A DNA stretch of 64,000 nucleotides. It comes from Octopus vulgaris (Eukaryota). The translations under genes were made by a program, and so were the position numbers. The stretch is from NCBI GenBank assembly GCA_951406725.2, contig OX597832.1, positions 57,784,001 to 57,848,000 of the forward strand. Reading direction: 5' to 3'. Below are positions 12,781 through 23,989 of the stretch, piece after piece (within the stretch, counting starts at the first letter, position 1; each line of letters opens with the position of its first letter). The notes under the pieces were generated by a model that worked only from the letters and a program-made list of their open reading frames with translations, did no database searches and was not told where the DNA came from.

Positions 12781-14534
12781 ATTCATAGATATATGTATAT
12801 TTCATCACACACAACATGGACCAAATTTCTTCTTAAAAAATATATATTCAAATAAGTAAAACATAATATCATGAATAGCGATAGCGAAACCAGTCGATAT
12901 ATTAAGAATTATATTAAAACTATGTAAGTGTGCGTATTTTCCTTTTTTAATTTCTTATATACATTACAACTCACCACGTGGGGATAATCGAAATTCCTCT
13001 TTTCTGTTACTACTATATATATATATCCTTTCGGGGTCGATAAATAAAGTTCCAGTTTTGCACTGGGGTTGATGTAATCAACTTAATCCCTTTGTCTGTC
13101 CTTGTTTGTCCCCTCTATGTTTAGCCCCTTGTAGGAAGTAAAGAAATATATATATATATACATATATACATGTATGTATATATATCTATAAATATATCTA
13201 TAAACCTCTATATACATATGAGTGTGTGTGTATATATATATTTATATACACATACATATGAATATATCCATATATATATTTTTTGTATGTCTTTGTGAAT
13301 ATATATGTATATATATGCATTTATATATGTGTGTGTGTGTGTTTGTGATAAGGGTCAGGTAGTGGTATTAATAATTCTCCCTTTCCTTCTTTCACAGCAT
13401 AGTTGCAAAAAGAAAATATAAACAACTTTTGAGTATCAAAAACAAAAGTAAGAAAACCAAATAAAACACACAAAAAAAAAAACTCGAACAAAAACAATCT
13501 CCCCGCAATATTCCTGTAATTTTTATCAATACCAACAATGCGAATAAGAGTGTACAGTGACACATCTATCTAAATGATAGCTTGAGGTAGACTTGTATTT
13601 CTCGTTTGTGAATACAGGCCTAAAAACTGATCACATTTGCGGCTCAAACGTACATATCAACATTCAAAAGTTCCCTCCATAATTCCTGGTTATTTTTCAG
13701 GATATTTTTCTTTTTTCATTAATATGTAGTCTTTGCAACGGTGGTGGTGGTGGTGTTGGTGGTGGTGGTTGGGGTTGGGATAGTGCAGTGAGGTTGCAGC
13801 CCGAGCTATGAAATATTAAGGAATATGTTTTGCCTTAATGTCAACAAACTGTACTGAACTTTTGCAAGATGTAATTCGAAATAATTGCTTGTTGTCATGG
13901 TTAGACAAAGCAGCCAGGTCTCATTTGTCAGGTTTACAAATAATGATGAATGTAAATTAGATCTCCTGCCACCCCTCACCCCCACACTCCTCCCCATCCA
14001 TCCACCTACCTGCCTCCTCATTCACATACCTTGCCTCCATCTCTCACCAATCCCTGTTCTCTGTTTGCATCTCTTTCTCCTTCGCCTCATCACCCATCAA
14101 TCTGATTTGCATTTTTTCCAATCTTGTTTTGTTTTGTTTTAGAATTTTTGTTGTTGTTGTTTGTCATTGACATTGTTTTTTCTTTTTTCTTTCTTTTTTT
14201 TTTTTGGCAATGGCACCGGTGGTGGTGTACATTGTTCCATCAATAATTTTTGAAAATGTTGCTACACCATGAAGTTCTTGTTCTACTTCTGGAATCTTTG
14301 TTTTTAAAATTTTTTTTTGATAAATCAAAAACTATAAAATTTTTTAATAAAAATAAATAAATAGGTGCAGGAGTGGCTGTGTGGTAAGTAGGTTGCTTAC
14401 AAACCACATGGTTCTGGGTTCAGTCCCACTGTGTGGTACCTTGGGCAAGTGTCTTCTACTATAGTCTCAGGCTGACCAAAGCCTTGTGAGTGGATTTGGT
14501 AGATGGAAACTGAAAGAAGCCCTTCATATATATG

Positions 14535-14595
<61 letters not shown>

Positions 14596-15052
14596 GTATG
14601 TGTATCTGTGTTTGTCTCCTCAACATCGCTTGATAACTGATGATGGTGTGTTTATGTCCCCGTCACTTAGGGGTTCGACAGGAGAGAATGATAGAACAAG
14701 TACTAGGCTTACAAAGAATAAGTCCTGGGGTCGATTTGCTCGACTAAAGGTGGTGCTCCAGCATGGCTGCAGTCAGATGACTGAAACAAGTAAAAAAGAG
14801 TAATTGTTATAATAATGATATAATTGTGAAAATAGCAATGTAGCAGTAATAATAATAATAATAATAATAATAATAGTAATAATTATAATGATAATAATAA
14901 TTTCTTTTATTTGCCATCAAGTTGAAGGATTAGGGGTATAATACGATGACAGATGTAAAGCTTGGCAGTTAATTCATAATCAAATGATAAATTGGAAGTA
15001 TACATGGTATATGATAGCACAATGAAGTGAAGTATATATATATATATATATA

Positions 15053-15433
15053 TAGGGAGATTCAAAAGTCTCCATACATAGGAAAACTTTATTCTTTTAT
15101 AAGAAACGGTTTATAAGACGCCCTAGATTGCCTGGTCTGACCCCTCTTGATTTCTATATTTGGGGGAATTTGAAAGGCATGGTGTATCGCAGAAAGATGA
15201 AGGACATAAATTATTTGAAGGAACGCATTACCAACTCCTTTGCTCATGTATCATCACTAGATGTGCTATTACGAGTTCACAATGAGTGGGTAAACGTATT
15301 GCAATGTGCATTCAAAACAATGGTAACCATATAGAATAGAGCCTGTTTAATAAATAAAAAAAGCTGTTCTTATAAACTGTTTCTTATAAAAAGATCAATT
15401 ATTCCCATGTATGGCGACTTTTGAATCACCCTG
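15053..15433 (+). mobile_element. Internally deleted Tc1/mariner element (DD41D/rosa-like)
   Basis: TIRs of about 65 bp (tagggagattcaaaagtctccatacatagga / tcccatgtatggcgactttttgaatcaccctg) with TA flanks. The remnant PRLPGLTPLDFYIWGNLKGMVY resembles the PRSPDLTPLDFFLWGYLKSKVY motif. Confidence 0.8.
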
Positions 15434-15744
15434 TAGTATGCAATAAGGAAAAAAAAAAGAATGATAGTGATGTGTTTCTCCTGAGGAGAAGCTCTAGGTA
15501 TAATCAAAGAACCCACCATCCCACTTTTGGCATTTTTGCAACTTTCATCCACCTTTCAATAAATTCACTCAAGGTCAACACTTCCTTCTCCACACTCACT
15601 TGCCTTTTCAAGTGAAACTTGAAAAAATTTGATGAGTCCTCTACTAAAGAGGAATTCCCCTGCGCTCATTCCTTCTCAGCCTCATCCACCAAACAATCTC
15701 TTTTGCCACCATTAGTGGTTCCCTGCCACTCATCCTCTATATAT

Positions 15745-16170
15745 TCTTTTCTACTCTAGGCAGAAGATCCAAAACTTTTGGGGAGGGGGCCAGTCGATTA
15801 GATTAACTCCAGTACACAACTAGTACTTAATTTATTGACCCCAAAAGGATAAAAGGCAAAGTCAACCTTGGCAGAATTTGAACCCAGAACATAAAGACAG
15901 ACAAATAATGATGACGGCGGTGGCAGCGGCGACGACGACGATGATGTCGATAATCTTTTCTACTCTAAGTACAAGGCCTGAAACTTTTTGAGGGTTTGGG
16001 GCAGTTGATTAGATTAACCCCAGTATGCAACCGGTACTTAATTTATCTTCCCCGAAAGGATGAAAGGTAAAGTCGACGTCAGTGGAATTTGAACTCAGAA
16101 CGTAAAGATGGATGAAATACTGCTCAGCCTTTTGCCCGGCATGCTAATGATTCTGGCAGCATGACACCTT
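15745..16170 (-). mobile_element. Two tandem SINE family B copies
   Basis: Reverse-complement matches to family B core and tail. Confidence 0.8.
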
Positions 16171-16669
16171 AGTACTAGTAGTAATAATAGTAGTAGTAGT
16201 AGGAATGATAATTGTGATAATTATAGTAAGAATTATAGTAATAAAAAATAACAAAAATAATAATAAAAATAATAGTAATTGTTATAATAATGTTGATGAT
16301 GATGATGAGAGGTGAAGAACAACATCAAAACCTTGAACCAAACGGCAAAAATAAATATTCAACTAAAAACCAAATAAATAAGAAAGAATTTCGATGCAGT
16401 AAAAGTTTGTTCTCCCTGAAATTTTGGTCCTGTCGCCGCCTTCATCTTTCCTAGCACCAACTCTTTTCACTCTCTGTTCCGTTACTATTGTCTTTATCTT
16501 ACCCTTGTTTTTGTTTCATTTTTCGTTGGTTTGTTTTATTTTATTCCATACAGTATGCTTACACATCCATCCATCCATCCATCCATCCATCCTTACATAT
16601 ATACATATATATAAATATGTTTATATATGCATACATACATATATATATATGCATGTGTATATATATAAA

Positions 16670-16714
<45 letters not shown>

Positions 16715-17709
16715 GTATATATATTTATGTATATATATGTATATATATTTATGTATATATATGTATATATATTTATGTATATATATGTATATATATCTAT
16801 GTATATATATGTATATATATATATTTGTTTTCTGTTCTGTTTGATTTTTGGGGGTTGTTTTTTTTTTGAATTAAAAAAAAAACTTTTGTTACATTATTAG
16901 ACTAACGGCGTTTATTTATTTATTTATTTATTTCGAAAAAAATTTTTTTTTTCTTTCAATCTCCAGCAGAATCATTTTCAGCTAATCTTGTTTTACCCAT
17001 CTGCCCCCTCCACACACACACACGCACACACTTCCTCTGCCTGCCACCCAGCTCTTACCATTCCGAATTTATACTCTTCCAAATTCTATTTCAGCTTGCC
17101 AACTCATTAGTTACAGCATATTGTGGCGGCAAAAAGACTCGCTCACCCCCCACCTTCTCTGATACTTCATCAGATAATACATGTTTGCCCACCCCACCCC
17201 TGACCTTCAGCACCCATCCCCTCTCCCCACCACATCGTCCCTCCTCCTCCTCTATCTCTCACTCCTATTTTTCACTTCACACCCCCTTCTCACTTCAGCC
17301 CACCCCTCCATCCAACCCACACTCCCCCTGCCATTCTACCCACACTAAATTGTAGTTATGTAATCAAAAATATTTCTTTAATTATCATAGAAAATTACAC
17401 ATGATTATTATTATTATTATTATTATTATTTTATTTATTTATTTACTTTTTAAAGTTTCATAAAACTATTTTGGAGCCATGTATATATGCATCTGTATGT
17501 CTTTATGTATGTGTGTATGCATGTGTGCATATGTGCATACCTGTATGCATATATTCATGCATGTAGTTATGCATGTATGTATGTATGCATGCATGCATGT
17601 ATACTTGTATGTATGTATGCATGCATGCATGCATGTATGTATGTGTATATGTCTGTAGGTATGTGTGTATGTATGTATGTTTGTATGTGTGTATGTATGT
17701 ATGCATGTG

Positions 17710-17740
<31 letters not shown>

Positions 17741-18848
17741 GTATGCATGTCTGTCTGTCTGTATGTATGTGTATGTAGGTGTGCTTGTTTGTGTGCTGTT
17801 TGTCGTTCGTTTCTGCTTTTTCATTTAAACATTTTAATCAACGATTTGTTTATTAATTTTTTTCATTCTAAAAATTTTTTTTAAATTTGCTTATTTTTAA
17901 ACTTTGAAAAAAAAAAATTTTTTTCTTTTTTTTTTTTGCTTTAAAAAATTTTTATTTTATTGTCGTCGTTGTTAGTCAAGATTTCATTTTTCAAATAGTT
18001 CGTCAGTCAATTGTCCGAAATCAGATAATTAATACTAATTTCCTTGGCAGTGTTGACCGCTTTCTGCTGGCTTCCAGTAATTACCTCCCTCTCATTAAGA
18101 ACCTCTCTGAAGAGAAGTCAATAAATGCTGATCTCCTTATTTCCACACAACATTAATTCGTAACAATTGAAATACATTGAGGTCTAGACAATATGTGCGT
18201 GTGTGCTTTTTGTTTTGTTTTAGTTAATTGCTACAATCTGTGTGTGTGTGTGTGTGTGTGAGAATGTATATGTATGTGTGTGCATGCGTGTGTGAGTATG
18301 TATGTGCATGTGTGTGTGTGTGTGTGTTTTTATGCATGCTTGTGTTAGAGATTGGTTAATCAGCTCCTGTACACGCAAACACGAACAAACACACACGTAT
18401 GTGTGTGTGTTTCATTATGTGTCACCATCACCACCACCATCATCATCATCATCAATCTATCATCATAGGCGCAGGAGTGGCTGTGTGGTAAGTAGCTTGC
18501 TTACCAGCCACTTGGTTCCAGGTTCAGTCTCATTGCGTGGCACCTTGGGCAAGTGTCTTCTACTATAACCTTGGAACAAGCAAGGCTTTGTGTGTGAATT
18601 TGATTGATGGAAACTGAAAGAAGCCTGTCATATATATATATTGGCACGTAAAAAGCACCATCCGATCGTGGCACATAAAAGCACCCACTACACTCACAGA
18701 GTGGTTGGCGTTAGGAAGGGCATCCATCCGTAGAAACATTGCCAGATCAGACTGGCCCTGGTGCAGCCTTCTGGCTTCCCAGACCCCAGTTGAACCGTCC
18801 AACCCATGCTAGCATGGAAAGTGGATGCTAAACGATGATGATGATGAT

Positions 18849-18886
<38 letters not shown>

Positions 18887-18889
<3 letters not shown>

Positions 18890-19203
18890 AAAATTTTATA
18901 ATTATGAGCATAATTATAATTAGGGTTCAGCAGAATTTGCTTCACCACATACCGAAATTTAGAAATAGCAGTTAAGATACTATTCTACTACCATAAGATA
19001 TCTCCCAGGCAGCAATACTGTACAACTCATGCAGGTAAAGAGAAAAAAATAACGAATCCACGAGTTGTAGAGTATTGCTGTCTGGGAGATATATTATGGT
19101 AGTGGAATAATATTTTAACTGCTATTTCTAAATTTCAGTATGTGATGAAGCAAATTCTGGTGAACCCTAATTATAATTATGATCATAATTATAGAATTTT
19201 TGT
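18887..19203. repeat. Long inverted repeat (145-bp arms, 27-bp spacer), Penelope-like fold-back
   Basis: 18887-19031 is the imperfect reverse complement of 19059-19203. The right arm continues into unique sequence containing ttta-CTGATaA-t-ggt...acc-GAA. Confidence 0.9.
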
Positions 19204-19380
19204 ATAAGTTTACTGATAATGGTTCTTTTAACATACCGAACTACTTGGTAAAATTATTAATTATTAATTAATTAATTAATTAATTTTATCCTTTATTATT
19301 ATGTGTGTGTGTGTTAGTTCCGCCAACATCGTTTGACAACCGATGCTGGTGTGTTTATATATATATACATATATATATAT

Positions 19381-19460
19381 AATCAAAATAAGCAACAAGG
19401 ATATTCAGAGGTAATGCAGTACTGCATTACCTCTGGACATCCTTGTTGCTTATTTTGATT
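19381..19460. repeat. 80-bp spacerless palindrome
   Basis: Centre cagt|actg; 40-bp arms with 2 mismatches. Confidence 0.93.
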
Positions 19461-19571
19461 TTAATCACCTTATTTTGAAATTGTATGGATAATGCCGTAC
19501 TAAATTCTGGTGCCTCAACTTAAGTACCATATTCATCTGAATCTATATATATATATATATATACATTCAAT

Positions 19572-19771
19572 ATGTGACCGCGTGTGTATTGTTAGCGATT
19601 TTCCTTTCCTCCGTCTTCCCTTCCTTGGATCTTTTTTTTTCTATGTCCCTGACGAAGAGCTCCGCTCAAAACATTAAATCCTCCTTCTCTCTTTCCTTTT
19701 CTGAGCGTCCAATAACACTATAGTTGTTCCACATCCTTGCATTGTTGTGTTTTCTTGTTTGGATTAACTTT
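19572..19771 (+). mobile_element. Penelope-like pLTR fragment with minimal hammerhead
   Basis: CTGACGA(19649-55)-a-GAGC-tcc-GCTC-aAAA-ca-tt-aaa. Homologous to the inverted copy at 52480-52655; (TA)n on both sides. Confidence 0.72.
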
Positions 19772-20711
19772 ATATATATATATGTGCACTGACACACAAC
19801 CACACATGTATACATGGGACTCCAGTGGCCTTAATGTAGTTAACTGAAAGACTAAACATGACTAGACATGATGTGCTATGCTAGTTACTGTATTTTAATG
19901 TTTATAAGGAACTCTCGTGTATAAGGCGCCCCCTAATGTTAGGGGCTTAGAATTTAGAAAAAAGGTTTTGTAAGGGATTATTGTACGAAGCTTCTATAAG
20001 AAAACTCCCATATTTTTTTAACCTAACTGTTGTCAAAAAAGGGTTCCTTATGCACATTAAAATATGGTATATCCTGTCTCTAACTGGCTGAGAATCATAT
20101 AGTATAATCTTGCAAGAAGAAAGAAATATTGTATGGAGTGCATTGTGGTAGGCCCAATAGGTTGCACTCTCCCTGCTGCCCAGTCTGTTTTCCCTACATC
20201 TGTAGTTTCTAGTGTTGACTGCATCAGAGGCTGACATGGTGGTGTTTAGGTGGTGCCTCTGCACCCATTGATTGTGGTCTTTTATCATTTTATCTTTTAC
20301 TTGTTTCAGTCATTAGACTGTGGCCATGTTGGTGCATTGCCCTGAAGAATGAATCAACTCCAGCCTGTTACACTATCGATCTCTGCTGCTGAACTGCTCA
20401 GTTACAAGGATGTAAATACACTAACACTGGTTGTCAAGCACTGGTGGAAGACAGACAGTGGCACATGTACACACACACACACGTGCATGCACACTTATAC
20501 AATAGGATTCTTCCAGTTTCCATCTAATAAATCCACTGAGAAAGCTTTGGTTAGCTGAAGGTTATAGTAGAAGACACTTGTTGAAGGTGCCACACAGTGG
20601 GACTGAACCCAGAACCATGTGGTTGAGAAGCAGACTTCTTACCACTTGGCCACTATGCCGCCTAGTAGAGTGTTTAGTCTTAATAATGCTATTGATGTTG
20701 CAGTATTGTGT

Positions 20712-20742
<31 letters not shown>

Positions 20743-21580
20743 CATCTGTGTCTGTGTATGTGTGTCTGTATGCATGTGTATGTGTGTGTGTCTGTGTGTG
20801 TATGTATGTCTGTGTGTGTATATGTGTGTGTATGTGTGTATGTATGTCTGTGCGTGTATATGTGTGTGTATATGTGTGTGTATGTTTCTGTGTGTATGTA
20901 TGTCTCTCTGTGTGTGTGTTGTGGTAGAAGGGAGAGAAGTGAATGAGAAAAATCATTTTTTCATTTTCTGAAGATTTTTTGCTGTAATGCTTTGGGGATT
21001 TTGTATATGTCTGTGTATTTTGCTGTGGTATGAAACTGTGTCCCTTAGATATGCAAGTGGTCCTCCCATTGTCATTGCCAGTATTTTCATTTTACTCTGA
21101 ATGGTCTGTGGTTGTGGTCTGTCTAAAAGCCTGTTTACTGGTTGGTGACCAGCAGCCGCAATCTGTATACAACCTGCTGTGTGTTCTGTTTCTAGGGTGA
21201 TGGTGGAGATGGTCTTTGGTGGTGGTCTGTGCACAACCTGCTCAGTGGGATTCCTTGTGTGCTCCAAGTCAATGCTGATGAAGCAATTCTTCCATTTGCA
21301 TCAATCAAATGCCTAGATTGGCTGTAGAGCCATCCGCATGGGTTAACAGCTAGGATGGCTATAGGGTGTCATTAGCAATGCTGTCATGTAGATTGGGAAC
21401 AGTTTAAAAACGAGAAACTGTTATAATGCTATTCCGTTTCTTCTTGCGGTCTGGCTGTTTTGTCCATGTGTTCTGGTGAAGGAGGTAATAATTTGAATGG
21501 AGAAAGATATATATAAATTTTCTTTTAGGACTGCTACTACCTGCTATGAAGCCTTCACAATATATATATATATATATATA

Positions 21581-22194
21581 TTCATACATACATACATTTG
21601 TCTACCGTTTAAATGTTTTAAACTTATAACCACCAATCTGCTTTGCTTTCCTTTTCTTTCTACATGCCACCCTAAAAACATCGCCATTCCCGCCCGTTTC
21701 TCTAAAGTTCAACCTTCGCATATTCCTTTTAATTCGATCTCCACCATTCACTATCATTTCTTCCCCTGACTTACAGCGATGTCCATAAGCAAGCTAAGAT
21801 TTCTCCCTTCTTTTTTCATACATACATACATTTGTCTACCGTTTAAATGTTTTGAACTTATACCCACCAATCTGCTTTGCTTTCCTTTTCTTTCTACATG
21901 CCACCCTAAAAACATCGCCATTCCCGCCCATTTCTCTAAAGTTCAACCTTCGCATATTCCCTTTAATTCGATCTCCACCATTCACTATCATTTCTTCCCC
22001 TGACTTACAGCGATGTCCATAAGCAAGCTAAGATTTCTCCCTTCTTTTTTCATACATACATACATTTGTCTACCGTTTAAATGTTTTGAACTTATAACCA
22101 CCAATCTGCTTTGCTTTCCTTTTCTTTCTACATGCCACCCTAAAAACATCGCCATTCCCGCCCGTTTCTCTAAAGTTCAACCTTCGCATATTCC
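21581..22194. repeat. 234-bp tandem repeat, 2.6 near-identical copies
   Basis: Units start at 21581, 21815 and 22049 with only a few substitutions. Confidence 0.95.
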
Positions 22195-22451
22195 CGGTGC
22201 ACCCACCCTTGCCCACCCCCACCACCAATACCGGATATCTCTATATTTTTGTTCCATCTATACCAGATGTCGCTTCTCCCATCACCATTATAGGTGTCTA
22301 CTCTTCGAACCCCCCTCTTCAACACGCTATTTCACCATGCATTACCCCTCTCTTGATATCCTACGTTCTACTTGCCTAGAACCTGTCATCATTTCTCTGA
22401 ACCACCCCTCCCCACTGGTGCTCCCCTATATATTTCTGCACCCCCCCCCCC

Positions 22452-22695
22452 ACATAAAAAGCACCATCCGAACGTGGCCGATGCCAGACCCCTCTGGCAC
22501 CTGTGCAGGTGGCACGTAAAAAACACCCACTACACTCGCGGAGTGGTTGGCGTTAGGAAGGGCATCCAGCTGTAGAAACACTGCCAGACTAGACTGGAGC
22601 CTGGGGCAGTCCCGAGCTCCCCAGACCCCGGTCGAAACCGTCCAACCCGTGCTAGCGCGGAAAACGGACGTTAAACGATGATGATGATGATGATG

Positions 22696-22697
<2 letters not shown>
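22452..22697 (+). mobile_element. SINE family C, well-preserved copy
   Basis: ggcacgtaaaaaacaccc...gttggcgttaggaagggcatccagctgtagaaac...acccgtgctagcgcggaaaacggacgttaaacgatgatgatg; CpGs are retained. Confidence 0.85.
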
Positions 22698-22726
<29 letters not shown>

Positions 22727-22877
22727 TATAAGTATAATGTGCACTCACACACAACCACACATGTATACATGTGCTATGCTAGTTACCGCATTTAAATGTT
22801 TATAAGGAACTTCCAGACACAAAAAAGGAAAACGTCCCTTGCATTTGAAAACTATGGAAATATTTAAAAAAAAAAAC

Positions 22878-23047
22878 ATTTCATTTAATTTTTCCACAAT
22901 TTAATTGTTTTTCATGCTTTACTCTAAGCTGAAAAATTTGCAAAGAGTGAATGAAGAACATTTTAGTACCAGTTTAATTCTTTGCAAATTTTTCAACTTA
23001 GAGTAAAGCATGAAAAACAATCAAATTGTGGAAAAATTAAATGAAAT
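22878..23047. repeat. Inverted repeat (69-bp arms, 32-bp spacer)
   Basis: atttcatttaatttttccacaattt...ttgcaaaga / tctttgcaa...aaattgtggaaaaattaaatgaaat. Confidence 0.92.
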
Positions 23048-23050
23048 ATA

Positions 23051-23216
23051 TCTCTCCTTTTTTTCTCTCCTTGTTTTTTCTGTGTACCTTTCTGTAGAAG
23101 AGCGTAGGCTCAAAACGTAAAAGACTTTTTCTATTCCTGAGCGCTATGCTAATACATCTGTTTGTTTTGTACACCACCTGTCTTCGTCTTTTGCTTTTTT
23201 CCCTAAACTTTCCCTA
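23051..23216 (+). mobile_element. Penelope-like pLTR fragment with minimal hammerhead variant
   Basis: CTTT-CTGtAGA-a-GAGC-gtag-GCTC-aAAA-CG-TA-AAAG (23088-23123); followed by (TA)n. Confidence 0.68.
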
Positions 23217-23295
23217 TATATATATATATATATATAGATAGATAGATAGATGGATAGATAGGTAAGAATTAAGATACAAACTCAAATTAGGCAGT

Positions 23296-23413
23296 GGTGT
23301 GCAAGAAAGACGACTGTGCTGGTATGGTCATGTTTTGCATATGGATGAGGACAGTTGTGTGGAAAAGTGTCACACCCTAGCAGTAGAAGGAACCTGTAGA
23401 AGAGATAGACCAC
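23296..23413 (+). mobile_element. RTE LINE ORF C-terminal fragment
   Basis: VQERRLCWYGHVLHMDEDSCVEKCHTLAVEGTCRRDRPR matches the RTE-clade C-terminal pattern RLRWxGHVxRM...GRGRPR. Confidence 0.8.
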
Positions 23414-23573
23414 GACCACCACCACAACCACCACCACCACCACCACCACCACCACCACCACCACCACCACATCTACCTTCATCCCCACCACCACATCCAC
23501 CACCACCAGATAAACTTATACCTATGTACCATGTTTCATTTCTCCGATTTATCACTAGTGACAACTGAATTAA

Positions 23574-23966
23574 GCGGAGCATTTTCCAATCGAAGTTGGA
23601 TGTAGAGGGTTTGTTGGATTCTGTGTGAGACGAATGTTGTTATTGTTAGGCCTAACTCATTGTAAAGTAAATACAACCATGACCGATATCCAAACTACGG
23701 TGGAAAAGGCTAGCCACTGGAGTTGGTTAAAAAGAGACAATGAGTGATGGCTAGAAGGATATTGAGCTTTATTTGATAACCAGTTGATCTAGCTAGCGGG
23801 GCCTCATATCATTGAGTGGGGGGCGGTGTGCATTGATGCCGTTGAGAGGTAGGCCCCGAAACAGTGCGCATTCTCTCCTGATGACCCCATGCATTTGCTG
23901 GCTTCTGGTATGCGGAGTTTTTGACTGGTAGCACTTGCATGTGCAAGTTGTTTGCAAAACATATAT
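23574..23966 (+). mobile_element. 3' end of a Hero-type (restriction-like endonuclease) non-LTR retrotransposon
   Basis: The frame from 23574 reads AEHFPIEVGCRGFVGFCVRRMLLLLGL...VEKASHWSWLKRDNE*W, the PxEVGCRGF...ExASxWxWLKR C-terminus typical of Hero elements. A GC-richer 3'UTR follows. Confidence 0.8.
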
Positions 23967-23989
23967 TTCATTCTTGTTCAGGTTCCAAC

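Noticed and set aside
21370-21426. VDWEQFK as the IFT80 terminal exon
   Set aside because: Only DWE matches; there is no polypyrimidine acceptor in the right position, no KIEME motif, and an early stop.
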